A stretch of DNA of 63,998 nucleotides, filler included, from a bacterium (lineage in GTDB: Bacteria; JAMORN01), in NCBI GenBank assembly GCA_027063545.1. It is 16 parts of 16 records of this genome, joined end to end, with 100 filler letters (N's around TTAATTAATTAA, not from the genome) between each part and the next. Parts side by side here need not be neighbours in the genome. Positions count along the whole stretch, not along the records: positions 38,285 to 55,236 come from JAMORN010000304.1; positions 55,337 to 58,249 come from JAMORN010000306.1; positions 58,350 to 61,238 come from JAMORN010000307.1; positions 61,339 to 63,998 come from JAMORN010000325.1; 12 more parts are not named here. One strand, written 5' to 3'. The position numbers and the translations under genes were made by a program. The notes under the pieces were generated by a model, which did not search any database, was not told the origin of the DNA, and saw nothing but the letters and a program-made list of their open reading frames with translations. Positions 53,932-63,998 of this stretch are shown piece by piece (within the stretch, counting starts at the first letter, position 1; each line of letters opens with the position of its first letter).

Positions 53932-54312
53932 TTATTTTTTAGGTGCTTTCTTTTTATTTGCGATTGTTCTTCTAGGACCTTTTCTTGTTCTTGCATTAGT
54001 TCTTGTTCTTTGTCCTCTAACAGGTAATCCTCTAATATGTCTTATACCTCTATAACACTTAATATCTTTAAGCCTTTTTATATTCATTGCTATTTCTGTT
54101 CTTAAAGCACCTTCTACCTTATAATTATTTTCAATTTCTTTTCTTAACTTTGCTACTTCTTCGTTTGTTAAATCTTTTACTTTCTTTGCTGGGTCAATTC
54201 CTGTATCTTTTAAAATTTTCATTGCTGTACTTTTCCCTATACCATATATATATGTTAATGCTATCTCAAGTCTTTTATTTTGTGGTAAATCTACTCCTGC
54301 TATACGTGCCAA
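53932..54312 (-). CDS. rpsM: 30S ribosomal protein S13 (TTG start)
   Basis: [27 protein letters not shown]. Confidence 0.97.
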   Translation of the reverse strand: MARIAGVDLPQNKRLEIALTYIYGIGKSTAMKILKDTGIDPAKKVKDLTNEEVAKLRKEIENNYKVEGALRTEIAMNIKRLKDIKCYRGIRHIRGLPVRGQRTRTNARTRKGPRRTIANKKKAPKK

Positions 54313-54338
54313 AATACACCTCCCTTAAAATTTTTTTA

Positions 54339-54452
54339 TTAACCTTGTCTTTGTTTATGTCTTGGATTCTTACAAATTACTCTTACAATACCTTTTCTTC
54401 TTATTATTCTGCAATCCTTACATCTCTTTTTTACACTTGCTTTTACCTTCAT
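54339..54452 (-). CDS. rpmJ: 50S ribosomal protein L36 (Zn-binding form)
   Basis: Hand translation [37 protein letters not shown]; missing from the ORF track. Confidence 0.97.
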   Translation of the reverse strand: MKVKASVKKRCKDCRIIRRKGIVRVICKNPRHKQRQG

Positions 54453-54465
54453 ATCCACCTCACTT

Positions 54466-54684
54466 TTACTTATATCTGTATACTATTCTACCCTTTGTTA
54501 AATCATATGGAGATATTTCTATAAGTACCCTATCACCCGGTAATATTTTAATATAGTTCATTCTCATCTTACCTGATATATAACCTAAAATAACATGACC
54601 ATTATCTAACTTTACCTTAAATGTTGTATTAGGTAAAGTTTCAATAACAACGCCTTCAACTTGTAATACATCTTTTTTACCCAT
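54466..54684 (-). CDS. infA: Translation initiation factor IF-1
   Basis: [26 protein letters not shown]. Confidence 0.97.
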   Translation of the reverse strand: MGKKDVLQVEGVVIETLPNTTFKVKLDNGHVILGYISGKMRMNYIKILPGDRVLIEISPYDLTKGRIVYRYK

Positions 54685-54703
54685 AGTCTTTATCCCAAAT
54701 TTT

Positions 54704-55236
54704 CTATACCTTTGTTACTATTATATTTCCTTCCTTTGTAAAAATTACAGTATTTTCATAATGTGCTGTTAAGCTATCATCTATAGTAGTTACAGTCCAT
54801 CCATCTTTAGGGTCTATTTTTATTTCATAGCTTCCTGCTGATATCATAGGCTCTATAGCTAATACCATATTATCATATATTACAGGCCCTGTATTAGGTA
54901 TACCATAATTAGGAACTTGAGGTTCCTCATGCAAATTACGTCCTACTCCATGCCCAACTAAATCCCTAATTACTGAATACCCATGCTTTTCAACAAAACT
55001 TTGAATCATATACCCTAAATCACCTATAGTATCTCCTACTTTTATATTTTCTATAGCATAATAGAAAGAACTTTCACAAACTTCTACTATTCTCTTTTTT
55101 TCTGGAGTTACCTTTCCTATCATGTAAGTTCTTGCCGCATCCACATGAAATCCATTCTTATAAATACCTACATCAATTGAAACGATATCGCCTTCTTTAA
55201 CAATTTTATTCCTTTTTGGTATCCCATGTACTAATT
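54704..55236 (-). CDS. map: Methionine aminopeptidase, 5' truncated
   Basis: VHGIP, DAART, GHGVG..LHEEP, AIEPM, AHYENT. Confidence 0.95.
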
Positions 55237-55542
55237 NNNNNNNNNNNNNNNNNNNNNNNNNNNNNNNNNNNNNNNNNNNNTTAATTAATTAANNNNNNNN
55301 NNNNNNNNNNNNNNNNNNNNNNNNNNNNNNNNNNNNTTAATTTCACTCTTTTCATTTTATAATCTCCTAATTTTTGTTACATTATAAATATCATTTAAAA
55401 AGTGATATTAAAATAAAAAAATTTTTATAAAAAAACAAATAAATTTTGTGAAAAAATTTTTTAGCTGTGAAAAAAATAATATTTTGCTAAAAATGAAAAA
55501 AATCTTATCTAATAAAAATAAGTCCTAAAAGTTTACCTTTAG

Positions 55543-55826
55543 ATGCTTTTTATATACCTTTTATCTTTTTCTTTTTTGCGTTATTTATATTTATTATTTT
55601 ACCCCAACTGCACCTCTTTTTGTTAAAATATTTTTTCCCTTTAGTGCATTATTTTAATTGAGTTAAAACCTGAAAGATTTGTATACAGAAGACAAAAGTA
55701 TAATGTTGAATATTATAAAGGATTTTGTTTAAAAATTGTTTTTACAAACCAGAAGAAAAAATGTTTCTTTGGATATTTAACCTTTGAAGAAGTTTCATTT
55801 TTAATTACTCTAATAAATTCATTATA
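55543..55826 (+). pseudogene. Possible degraded membrane-protein gene
   Basis: A hydrophobic 37-aa ORF followed in another frame by IELKPERFVY...CFFGYLTFEEVSFLITLINSL; no clear family. Confidence 0.25.
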
Positions 55827-55917
55827 ATATTGTTTAGATTTTTTCTATAAGAGTTTAAAATTGTATTTTTATAAAAATCAATAAACAAAAAGAAATAAAC
55901 AAAAAGGAGTTAAAAAA

Positions 55918-57219
55918 TTGATTATAGAAATTAAAGGAGATTTAGAAAAATACTTAAAAAATCAAAATAAACCATATATTCTAGATTTTTATGCTGATGA
56001 TTGCACAACATGTGATGCTATTTTTAGTAAAATTAAATCATTATGGGATTATTATAAGGACTATATAGATTTTTATAAAATAAATGTCCCTAAAAATAGA
56101 GAATATTTAAAAAAATATGAAGTACGAGGAACACCAACCCTTATTGCTTTTACTAAGGATCATAAAAAAATAGATCAAATTACCACAAATGTAACAAAAA
56201 GAGAACTTAGAGACTTTATAAATAAATTATTAGATGAAGATACAATCAAACAAATAAATAATAAAATTCTTGAAAATAAAATTAAATATGAATATGATGT
56301 TGTTATACTAGGGGCTGGCCCTGCTGGGCTTTCTGCTGCTATATATTCTAAAAACTCAGGGTTAAAAACTCTTGTTATTGATACAAATCTTCCCGGTGGT
56401 CAGGTAAAATTAACACATATTGTCTCTAACTATCCTGGTACTCGAAACGCAATTGTTGGAGAACTTTTAGCTTTAAATATGTACTCTCAGGCAAAAAATA
56501 TAGGTGTTGATTTTAAAACAGCTGTTGATATCACAAAAATTGATTTGAGAAATAAGTATATAATAGTTGATGAAACAGAAGAGATAAAATCAAAAGCTAT
56601 AATTATAGCAACAGGTGCATCTCCTAAACGTCTATATGTAAAAAATGAAGAAAAATTCTTAGGTAAGGGTATATCTTTTTGTGCTATATGTGATGGTCCC
56701 CATTATATAGGAAAACATGTTGCTGTTATTGGGGGTGGAACAGCGGCATTAGAAGAAGCATTATATCTCTCAAGACTAGTAAACAAAATTACTATAATTC
56801 AAAATTTAAGCTATTTTACAGCCAGTGAACCATTAATTAAAGAGGTAGAAAAAAATAAAAAAATAAAAACTATCTTTAATGCAGATATTATAGAGTTTAT
56901 TGAAGATATTGAGAATAAGAATAATTTATATGGAATAAAAATCAAAGTTGATAATTCTATACGAACATTAAAAGTTGATGGCGTTTTTATCTTTATAGGC
57001 ACAAAACCTAATAGTGAATTATTTAATGGACAACTTGAATTGGATAATAATGGTTTTATAATAACAAATATAGATTTACATACTTCTATTGAAGGAGTAT
57101 TTGCAGCTGGAGATGTTAGAAAAAAGAAATATAGACAAATTACAATAGCTGTTAGTGATGGAACAATAGCTGCACTTGAAGCTTATGAATATTTAAAAAA
57201 TTTAAATTTTAAATCTTAG
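55918..57219 (+). CDS. Thioredoxin-thioredoxin reductase fusion
   Basis: N-terminal Trx ([10 protein letters not shown]...GTPTL); TrxB domain with GAGPAG, CAICDG and FAAGD. Confidence 0.88.
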   Translation: MIIEIKGDLEKYLKNQNKPYILDFYADDCTTCDAIFSKIKSLWDYYKDYIDFYKINVPKNREYLKKYEVRGTPTLIAFTKDHKKIDQITTNVTKRELRDFINKLLDEDTIKQINNKILENKIKYEYDVVILGAGPAGLSAAIYSKNSGLKTLVIDTNLPGGQVKLTHIVSNYPGTRNAIVGELLALNMYSQAKNIGVDFKTAVDITKIDLRNKYIIVDETEEIKSKAIIIATGASPKRLYVKNEEKFLGKGISFCAICDGPHYIGKHVAVIGGGTAALEEALYLSRLVNKITIIQNLSYFTASEPLIKEVEKNKKIKTIFNADIIEFIEDIENKNNLYGIKIKVDNSIRTLKVDGVFIFIGTKPNSELFNGQLELDNNGFIITNIDLHTSIEGVFAAGDVRKKKYRQITIAVSDGTIAALEAYEYLKNLNFKS

Positions 57220-57846
57220 ATATATATCACTAAACTCTAGTATAGAATATAATATTTTGTTAAAATCTTCTATAATACTTACAACCTTATATATAATAGT
57301 TAAAGCCTCTCTTTTAAACTCTTCTTTTGAAAGAAATCTTGCTATTTCTTTGCTAAAATTAAATTTTATATCTCTTATATCATCATCTACAGATAAAAAA
57401 TTTTTTAAACTTGTAATATCGTTATCTATTAAAGCAGTAATTGCATTATGAAATATATTTATTACAAAACTTATTATTTCTATTATAAAATTTTTTATAT
57501 AAGAAATATTTTCTTTAATCAAGGATATAGAGGTTTCTATTATATGTCTAACTACATCAAAAATTCTTTCCAAAACAGCTATAAATTTTATATATAATCC
57601 TACAAATGTTATAATTTTAGGATGTTTGTTTATATAATCTTTATTTATTTGTTTAATAGATTTTTTAATTGCTAATATTTTATCTTTTTTCACTCCTTTT
57701 TTAAGACTTTTTAATTCCTCTACTTTATTCTCTTTATAACTATGTAGAAGTATATATAAATAATTTTCTATACTATCCGTTAATATCATAAGCTCTCTTT
57801 TCATATCTATTAACATCTTGGACGAAAAATCCCTATAAATATTCAT
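57202..57846 (-). CDS. Divergent PhoU-like protein
   Basis: Helical; [13 protein letters not shown] resembles PhoU LERIGDHAxNI; DDDI in the second repeat; adjacent to phoU. Confidence 0.6.
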   Translation of the reverse strand: MNIYRDFSSKMLIDMKRELMILTDSIENYLYILLHSYKENKVEELKSLKKGVKKDKILAIKKSIKQINKDYINKHPKIITFVGLYIKFIAVLERIFDVVRHIIETSISLIKENISYIKNFIIEIISFVINIFHNAITALIDNDITSLKNFLSVDDDIRDIKFNFSKEIARFLSKEEFKREALTIIYKVVSIIEDFNKILYSILEFSDIYLRFKI

Positions 57847-57952
57847 AATATATAACTCCTTTTATATACAGCATAAATTCTTACAAAAAATGGGAAAATA
57901 GAGAAATCTTCTATGAATAAAAAAAGCGAAAGAATAAAATATTTAAGAAAGA

Positions 57953-57981
57953 ATTGTACCCCCCCCCCCGACAAACTTCAC
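57953..57981 (-). promoter_or_regulatory. Putative sigma70 promoter with a G11 tract in the 17-bp spacer
   Basis: Minus strand GTGAAG-TTTGTC-GGGGGGGGGGG-TACAAT. Confidence 0.55.
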
Positions 57982-57998
57982 CTTAATACCAGGGTATT

Positions 57999-58249
57999 TC
58001 AGAGCATTTCTCCTTTTTTATGTTTTATTAATTTATCTTCAACAATAAAAATAACATCTTCACATATGTTTGTTGCTAAATCCCCAACTCTCTCCAATCC
58101 ATGAATAATCCTTATTATATTATATACTTCTTCTAAATCTTGTTCTTTATATATATCCGGATTTAAAAATCTTTTCAAAAGAGAAACTTTTAAATTATCT
58201 ATTATATCATCTTTTTTTAAAATTTCATATGCTAGTTTTGAATCCCCAC
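57999..58249 (-). CDS. phoU: Phosphate signalling protein PhoU, 5' truncated
   Basis: Hand translation ...KKDDIID...IHGLERVGDLATNICEDVIFIVEDKLIKH; missing from the ORF track. Confidence 0.88.
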
Positions 58250-58349
58250 NNNNNNNNNNNNNNNNNNNNNNNNNNNNNNNNNNNNNNNNNNNNTTAATTA
58301 ATTAANNNNNNNNNNNNNNNNNNNNNNNNNNNNNNNNNNNNNNNNNNNN

Positions 58350-58571
58350 TTTTTCAACTTCTAATACTAAATGAATACCTCCCTGTAAATCTAACCCTAA
58401 TTTTATTACCTTGCTCTTTAATTTATTATACGCAACAGGATTATTTTCAGCTAACTGCTCCCTCTCTTGATAGGACATTGAGTACCATTTAATTGTTGGA
58501 TATAAATTATATAGTACAATAGCTAATACAACTATTATGAAAAAAAGTTGTGGACCATAATTTCTTCTCAT
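58350..58571 (-). CDS. secD: Protein translocase subunit SecD, 3' truncated
   Basis: TM1 plus KLGLDLQGGIHLVLEV. Confidence 0.92.
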
Positions 58572-58650
58572 ATTTTCTCCCTTTATTTGTTTTTATTTTT
58601 GTTATGTTTATTTAACTTAAATTGTAGTAACTTATTAAAAATCAGTAAAA

Positions 58651-58679
58651 AATATAAAAAAGGAAATATCAAAAGTCAA
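58651..58679 (-). promoter_or_regulatory. sigma70 promoter of secD
   Basis: TTGACT-17-TATATT. Confidence 0.55.
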
Positions 58680-58761
58680 ATAAAAGACTTATAATATGTT
58701 TAATAAAATTTTATATTTAGTAAAATTGCTAATATTTAATAAAAATAAATCTTAAAAAAAA

Positions 58762-60462
58762 ATGAAAAATAAACAAATTTCTCAAATATATATTATTCTA
58801 CTATTTATTATCTTATTTTTTTCCAATTGTGCTTATAAAAAGCTTCCATCTGGAGGTATTGAATATGTTAAGAAATCTATCACAATAGAAAAAACTTATC
58901 CAAAAAATGGAGATTATAAAGTTCCTTTGGATACTATTATATATATAAAATTTTCATCACCTATTAATAAAACCTCTTTTATAAAGAATTTTTCAATATT
59001 CCCCTTTAATAACAGATATAAAAAAATTAAATGGTTATCAACCAAAGAGGTAATAATAAAATTAGATACTCTATTTAAGGATAATTTTACCCATGTTGTT
59101 ACAATTTCAAATAAGGTAACTGATATATATGGTAATTATTTAGATAAATCATATACTATTATATTTTCTACCTCAGATACTATATATAAAAATTCTATTT
59201 CTGGTACCGTTTTTTCTGAAGATTTAAAACCATTAAAAGATGTTAAAATTTATCTAAAAAAAAGTATTGATAGTCTTTTTTATGATACTCTATTCTTTTC
59301 CTTAAATAAGATAAACTATAGTTTTACATACTCATATTCAAATGGAACATATAGGCTTCAATATATTCCTCCTGGTACATATTATATTATTGCTATATTT
59401 GATCATAATAATAATTACAAAATAGATCCTGAAGAAAAACTTGGTATTTTTTATAAAAAGATATCAATATATAAGAATCATATTAATAATATAAAAAATG
59501 TTAATTTTATTTTAAAAAATTACAATTTAATAAAAATTCTCAATATAAAATTTATAAACGCAAAAAATCTAATTATATCTTTTAACAAAAAAATAGAAAA
59601 TCTTCCCGCAAGCTATAAAGATTCTCTTATAAATAGTTTAATTATAAAAAATATAAACAATAATGATACTATAGATATAAAACCTAATATTAAACAAGTC
59701 TCATTTTTTAATTCTAATCTTCTTATATCAATGGAAAAGCTAACATTACCTAATAATATATTAATAATTGGATATAATTATAAAAAATTAGATGAGTTAA
59801 ATATTATTGATTCTTTTGGGAACAAAAAACTTGTATATTATAAAGAAGATACTATTGCTCCTATTAACATTATAAAAAGTAAATTAAAACTAATACATCC
59901 AGAATATGATACTATTAAATTTATTTTTGATAGATTTATAAATATAGATTCATCTAAAATAAAAGTTTTTTCTATTGATAATTCTAATGATTCCTCTTTT
60001 GATACAACATTTTATAGCTATACCCTCATTTACTCTGGTAATATTCTTAAATTAATACCTTTATTAAATGATTCTATTAATAACATATATTTAAAAATTG
60101 ATTCTATAGCTATTTATGACAACGATAGTAATTTTTTAAATTCCAATAAAATATATAAAATCCGTAAAGTTAATAAAAATGAGTTAGGAAATATTGATAT
60201 TTACTTTAGTTTTAATGATTACATAACTAAGCAATCAAAAATAAGAATCATATTGAAAGATAAAAATTCTAATAAAATTTTATATAATATATATTGTGAA
60301 AAGCCAAAAATTCCTATAAAACTTAAAAATATATTGGATAACTATTATAAAATTTTAATAATAAAAGATAAGTTTGACTTAAATAATTGTGTTTTCTATT
60401 CTATAGACTCTGTTAGAGTACGCAAACACTGGACTATTATAGATAGTGTGTATTGCTATTAA
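58762..60462 (+). CDS. Ig-like (Big_5) domain lipoprotein
   Basis: FSNCA...PSGG lipoprotein start, YPKNG...FST, ISGTV, PGTYYIIAIFD.NNNYKID. Confidence 0.75.
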   Translation: MKNKQISQIYIILLFIILFFSNCAYKKLPSGGIEYVKKSITIEKTYPKNGDYKVPLDTIIYIKFSSPINKTSFIKNFSIFPFNNRYKKIKWLSTKEVIIKLDTLFKDNFTHVVTISNKVTDIYGNYLDKSYTIIFSTSDTIYKNSISGTVFSEDLKPLKDVKIYLKKSIDSLFYDTLFFSLNKINYSFTYSYSNGTYRLQYIPPGTYYIIAIFDHNNNYKIDPEEKLGIFYKKISIYKNHINNIKNVNFILKNYNLIKILNIKFINAKNLIISFNKKIENLPASYKDSLINSLIIKNINNNDTIDIKPNIKQVSFFNSNLLISMEKLTLPNNILIIGYNYKKLDELNIIDSFGNKKLVYYKEDTIAPINIIKSKLKLIHPEYDTIKFIFDRFINIDSSKIKVFSIDNSNDSSFDTTFYSYTLIYSGNILKLIPLLNDSINNIYLKIDSIAIYDNDSNFLNSNKIYKIRKVNKNELGNIDIYFSFNDYITKQSKIRIILKDKNSNKILYNIYCEKPKIPIKLKNILDNYYKILIIKDKFDLNNCVFYSIDSVRVRKHWTIIDSVYCY

Positions 60463-60482
60463 AAAAATTTATATTTAACACT

Positions 60483-61238
60483 ATGAAAGAAGTAAAATTG
60501 GAAGAATATAATATTATATTCAAAAACTTTGGAAAACTTACCTTAATTGCTGGCCCATGTGTTATAGAAGATTATGATACAACCTTTCTTATTGCTAAAA
60601 CATTAAAAGAGATTACACAAAAACTTGATATTCAATTTATATTTAAAGCCTCTTTTGATAAGGCAAATAGAAGTTCTATTAAATCTTACAGAGGCCCGGG
60701 TCTTAAAAAAGGGATTCAAGTACTTGGTGATATAAAAGAAAAACTTAATATTCCAATAACAACTGATATTCACGAATCTTATCAGGCAGAATATGTTAAG
60801 GATGTTGTAGATATTATCCAAATACCTGCTTTTTTATCAAGGCAAACTGATCTTTTAAAAAGTGCAGCTTTAACTGGTAAGATTGTTAATATAAAGAAAG
60901 CCCAATTTATGAGTGGGAATGATATGAAAAATGTTATAGAGAAGACTAAATATTTTGGGAATGATAAGATTCTTCTTACAGAAAGAGGTACGATGTTTGG
61001 ATATAATAATTTAGTTGTTGATTTTAGAAATATGTTAATAATGAGGGAGTTTGGTTATCCTGTTGTTTATGATGCAACCCATTCTCTTCAACGTCCATCT
61101 GGAATGGGAACAATCTCTGGCGGAGATAGAGAGTTTATTCCTCATTTGATATACGCAACAGCAGGTATGGGAATAAATATATTCTTTATGGAGGTTCATC
61201 CTGAGCCTGAAAAAGCAAAAAGTGATCCTGCCACAAGT
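60483..61238 (+). CDS. kdsA: KDO-8-phosphate synthase, 3' truncated
   Basis: AGPCVIE, KASFDKANRSS, QIPAFLSRQTDLL, ERG. Confidence 0.96.
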
Positions 61239-61338
61239 NNNNNNNNNNNNNNNNNNNNNNNNNNNNNNNNNNNNNNNNNNNNTTAATTAATTAANNNNNN
61301 NNNNNNNNNNNNNNNNNNNNNNNNNNNNNNNNNNNNNN

Positions 61339-61676
61339 ATCTTATAAGCATTCTTTTCAAACTTACCACCAGCATGAAGTTTTGTCATTATAAGTTCAAC
61401 AGCAGGAATTTTATACTCAGAATGAATATCAACAGGAATACCTCTACCATTATCTTCTACTTCAATAGAATTATCTTTTTTTATTTTTACATATATTCTA
61501 TTACAATAACCTGCTAAAGCTTCATCAATAGAATTATCAATAACCTCCCATACTAAATGGTGAAGACCATTAACATCTGTGGAACCTATATACATTGCTG
61601 GTCTTTTTCTAACAGCCTCAAGACCTTCTAGTACTTTTATAGAATTTGCATTATAGTTATTTTGAGTATTATCCAT
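61339..61676 (-). CDS. gyrB: DNA gyrase subunit B, 3' truncated
   Basis: [38 protein letters not shown]. Confidence 0.93.
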
Positions 61677-61786
61677 AAATTCTCCTTCCTTTTGAAGATT
61701 TTATACTTATAAGAATATATTAAAATAAAATATTTATAGGTAGAAAGAAAATATATAGTTTAAAAAATAAATTTTATTCGTCTTAA

Positions 61787-63262
61787 TTATAACTCACTTA
61801 AAAGTTTTTTTATTTTTTTATCTAATTTTTTTATTTTTTTTTCTTTCTGTTTTATCTCTTTTATTATATCTTCTTTTTCCAATATAAGTTTTTTTTCCTC
61901 TTTTAATTTTTTATTATTAATATAAATAGAAGGATTTAAATTATAATTGTTATTTTTTATTTCATCTAAGTCTACTATATATGATAAATTTATATATTCT
62001 TTTCTTAACTTTAATACTTTTTTAATTATAGAATTAGTTATTGTTAATATCATTTTAAATCTTATTCTTTTATATGTTGGTGTCTCATCTGTTTCATTAT
62101 ATATATCCTTTACATCATCAAGTACTTCTCTTAAATCTATATACATAATATTATTTGTTTTCTTATTTTTCCTTAATATTAATATTACCTTTGACATTAT
62201 ATAATGAATAAATATAAAATTAGGAAGAAGAACTATTGAATCTATATAATTTTTTTCTATTAAGTTTTTTCTTATAATATCATAGTTTTTTAATTCACTA
62301 AATAAAAATCTATCAGGTAAAACAACAAATAATACTCCATCTTTTTTAACAGATTCTAGCATATGCTGAACAAATAATTGTTCTAATCTCATATTTTTAA
62401 ATAATACATATCTAAATCTATTATATTTATCATTAATTAATTTTTCATAATCTATTTCTGTTTTGATTAATGGAGGTACAGAAACAACTATATCAAATTT
62501 CATTAATTTATTATTGTATACATGTTTAGGATCTTCTATTGTATCCCCTAATTTTAAATCGGCATCATATATTTCATTAAAATACATATTCATTCTACAT
62601 ATATTATAAATATTTAAATCTTTTTCCTGACCATATATTTTTATATTTTTAAATTTCTTTGCTATATGTATTAAAAGACTTCCTGATCCACATGCAGGAT
62701 CATATACAGATTTTGGCTTTTTTTTTACAAAGGAAGATAAAGATGAGATTATTGATGATATATAATCTGGTGTATAAAAATTTCTATTTTGTCTTATTCT
62801 ACTAATTTCATAAAAATTTTTTATTATATTTTCAAATATTTCTCCTTTATCTATATTATTTTTTTCTAAAAATGAAGGTAAAAAAATAACTTTATTAATA
62901 TTATCTAAAATACTTTTTAATAATTCATTTTTATTTTCTCCAAAAATAATATCAGAATTAAAATCAAGATTTTTAAATAAATCTTTAAAATATTTTTTAT
63001 TCTCTTTTTCTAGTAATATTAAAGCATTATTAATAATATTTCCAATATCTTCATTATTTCTTTTTTTAAATAAATAATCAAAAGAAGCATTATCTGGTAT
63101 TTTAAAAGGAATTTCTTTTTCCTTTTTAGTATCTGTTATATATTTTATAAAAACAAGCGTTAATATATAATTTATATAATCAATACAATTTTCATTATTT
63201 GTAAAATATCTTATTATATAACAATTATCTAAAATTATCTTAATATAATCTATACTTTTCAT
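61787..63262 (-). CDS. hsdM: Type I R-M HsdM-like N6-methyltransferase with a degenerate catalytic motif
   Basis: FYTP, YDPACGSGSLL, YGQE, CRMNM, GDT and YNLNP are present; motif IV reads VSVPPL instead of ANPPF. Confidence 0.8.
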   Translation of the reverse strand: MKSIDYIKIILDNCYIIRYFTNNENCIDYINYILTLVFIKYITDTKKEKEIPFKIPDNASFDYLFKKRNNEDIGNIINNALILLEKENKKYFKDLFKNLDFNSDIIFGENKNELLKSILDNINKVIFLPSFLEKNNIDKGEIFENIIKNFYEISRIRQNRNFYTPDYISSIISSLSSFVKKKPKSVYDPACGSGSLLIHIAKKFKNIKIYGQEKDLNIYNICRMNMYFNEIYDADLKLGDTIEDPKHVYNNKLMKFDIVVSVPPLIKTEIDYEKLINDKYNRFRYVLFKNMRLEQLFVQHMLESVKKDGVLFVVLPDRFLFSELKNYDIIRKNLIEKNYIDSIVLLPNFIFIHYIMSKVILILRKNKKTNNIMYIDLREVLDDVKDIYNETDETPTYKRIRFKMILTITNSIIKKVLKLRKEYINLSYIVDLDEIKNNNYNLNPSIYINNKKLKEEKKLILEKEDIIKEIKQKEKKIKKLDKKIKKLLSEL

Positions 63263-63277
63263 AATTAACCTCTTTTT

Positions 63278-63943
63278 CTAAAATATATAATCTTTGAAAA
63301 TAGCTATTTTTAAATCATTATAATCTTTATTTAAATCATTAATAAATTTTATTTTTTCATCTATTAATTCTAATAATTCAACTATTTTTTTCTGTTTATT
63401 AAAATCTGGTAATCTTATTTTTATTTCTTCTAAATCTTTTTTCTTTATCATTTTAACAAAACTTCCTATCTTTTTTGATGCTAGTATTTTTTTTATAAAT
63501 GGATTCTTTAAATAATATGCTAAAAATTTAGGATGAACAATATTTTTATAATTTTCTTTAATTCTAATACATGCTACAGTAAATGGTATAACAAGATTTA
63601 TAAACTTTTTATCTATATAAGCTATTTCTATAGGTTCTCTTAATCTTACTAATATATCATTTTCCTTGGTATAATATTTAGTAAAATAATGTTTAGATTC
63701 CTCAACAAATATTGTTTTTTTTATACCTTCTTTATTGGGTTTTATTGTATCTTCATTAAAAAATTTTAATGTTATTAAATTTTCTTCTATTTCATTTTGA
63801 TCTAAATTACCTTCCTTTAAATCCTCATCTATAATAGCTTCCGAAAATCTCTTTACTTTTTTTATTACATTTACTTTTTTCTTTCTTCCTGTAAGAAAAC
63901 CTATTTTTACATTTGCTATATCTTTTAATATAAATTCTTTCAT
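63278..63943 (-). CDS. hsdS: Half-size (single TRD) type I specificity subunit-like protein
   Basis: LKDIA, NDILVRLREP, PKFLAYYL, DLEEIKIRLPDFNKQKKIV; SD GAGG before ATG 63943. Confidence 0.75.
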   Translation of the reverse strand: MKEFILKDIANVKIGFLTGRKKKVNVIKKVKRFSEAIIDEDLKEGNLDQNEIEENLITLKFFNEDTIKPNKEGIKKTIFVEESKHYFTKYYTKENDILVRLREPIEIAYIDKKFINLVIPFTVACIRIKENYKNIVHPKFLAYYLKNPFIKKILASKKIGSFVKMIKKKDLEEIKIRLPDFNKQKKIVELLELIDEKIKFINDLNKDYNDLKIAIFKDYIF

Positions 63944-63998
63944 ATATATCCTCACTATTTTTTAAGTTATATTAATTAATATAACTTAATTTTTGTTA

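Noticed and set aside
54087-54556. ORFs 54087-54524 and 54362-54556
   Set aside because: They overlap rpsM/rpmJ/infA; the real gene here is rpmJ (54339-54452, minus strand).
57913-58104. 63-aa plus-strand ORF containing the C11 tract
   Set aside because: Antisense to the phoU 3' end and without a recognisable motif; the promoter-spacer explanation fits the tract better.
1-63998. CRISPR array, rRNA or prophage
   Set aside because: No regularly spaced repeats, rRNA-like sequence or phage structural genes seen.

Overview
This is not one continuous locus. It is 16 draft contigs joined by an artificial 100-nt spacer (44 N + TTAATTAATTAA + 44 N) at 3156, 6396, 9628, 12859, 16065, 19268, 22448, 25619, 28782, 31943, 35084, 38185, 55237, 58250 and 61239, so gene context is only valid inside each contig and many genes are cut at contig ends. 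Most contigs come from a very AT-rich, flagellated, diderm bacterium. A Fibrobacterota/FCB-related and possibly thermophilic identity is my inference, based on secreted CBM/GH proteins with C-terminal sorting domains, a DIPP-synthase-like gene and Lys/Glu-rich proteins. Most content is housekeeping: ftsK, flagellin, trpCF, ispG, split transketolase, thyX, hflX, rpsB-tsf-pyrH-frr-uppS, tgt, mfd, tRNA-Lys, alr, hisD, cmk-ispH-rpsA, thiC, the map-infA-rpmJ-rpsMKD-rpoA-rplQ operon, secD, kdsA and gyrB. Two contigs (25719-28781, glmS-neuBCA; 35184-38184, Mob element/sulfurtransferase/IS256) look like Campylobacterota and may be bin contamination. Most notable signals: (1) a TolC-like/glycoside-hydrolase-like fusion followed by a membrane fusion protein; (2) a half-size HsdS plus a full-length HsdM whose NPPF motif reads VPPL, with gyrB rather than hsdS/hsdR downstream; (3) a G11 tract forming the -35/-10 spacer of a promoter for a second phoU-like gene; (4) a MobV element bordering a guaA-like 3' end of a sulfurtransferase gene; (5) a 39-bp promoter insert flanked by a 21-bp duplication at yjbQ; (6) two homopolymer-frameshifted genes; (7) a Trx-TrxR fusion lacking the NADPH motif.
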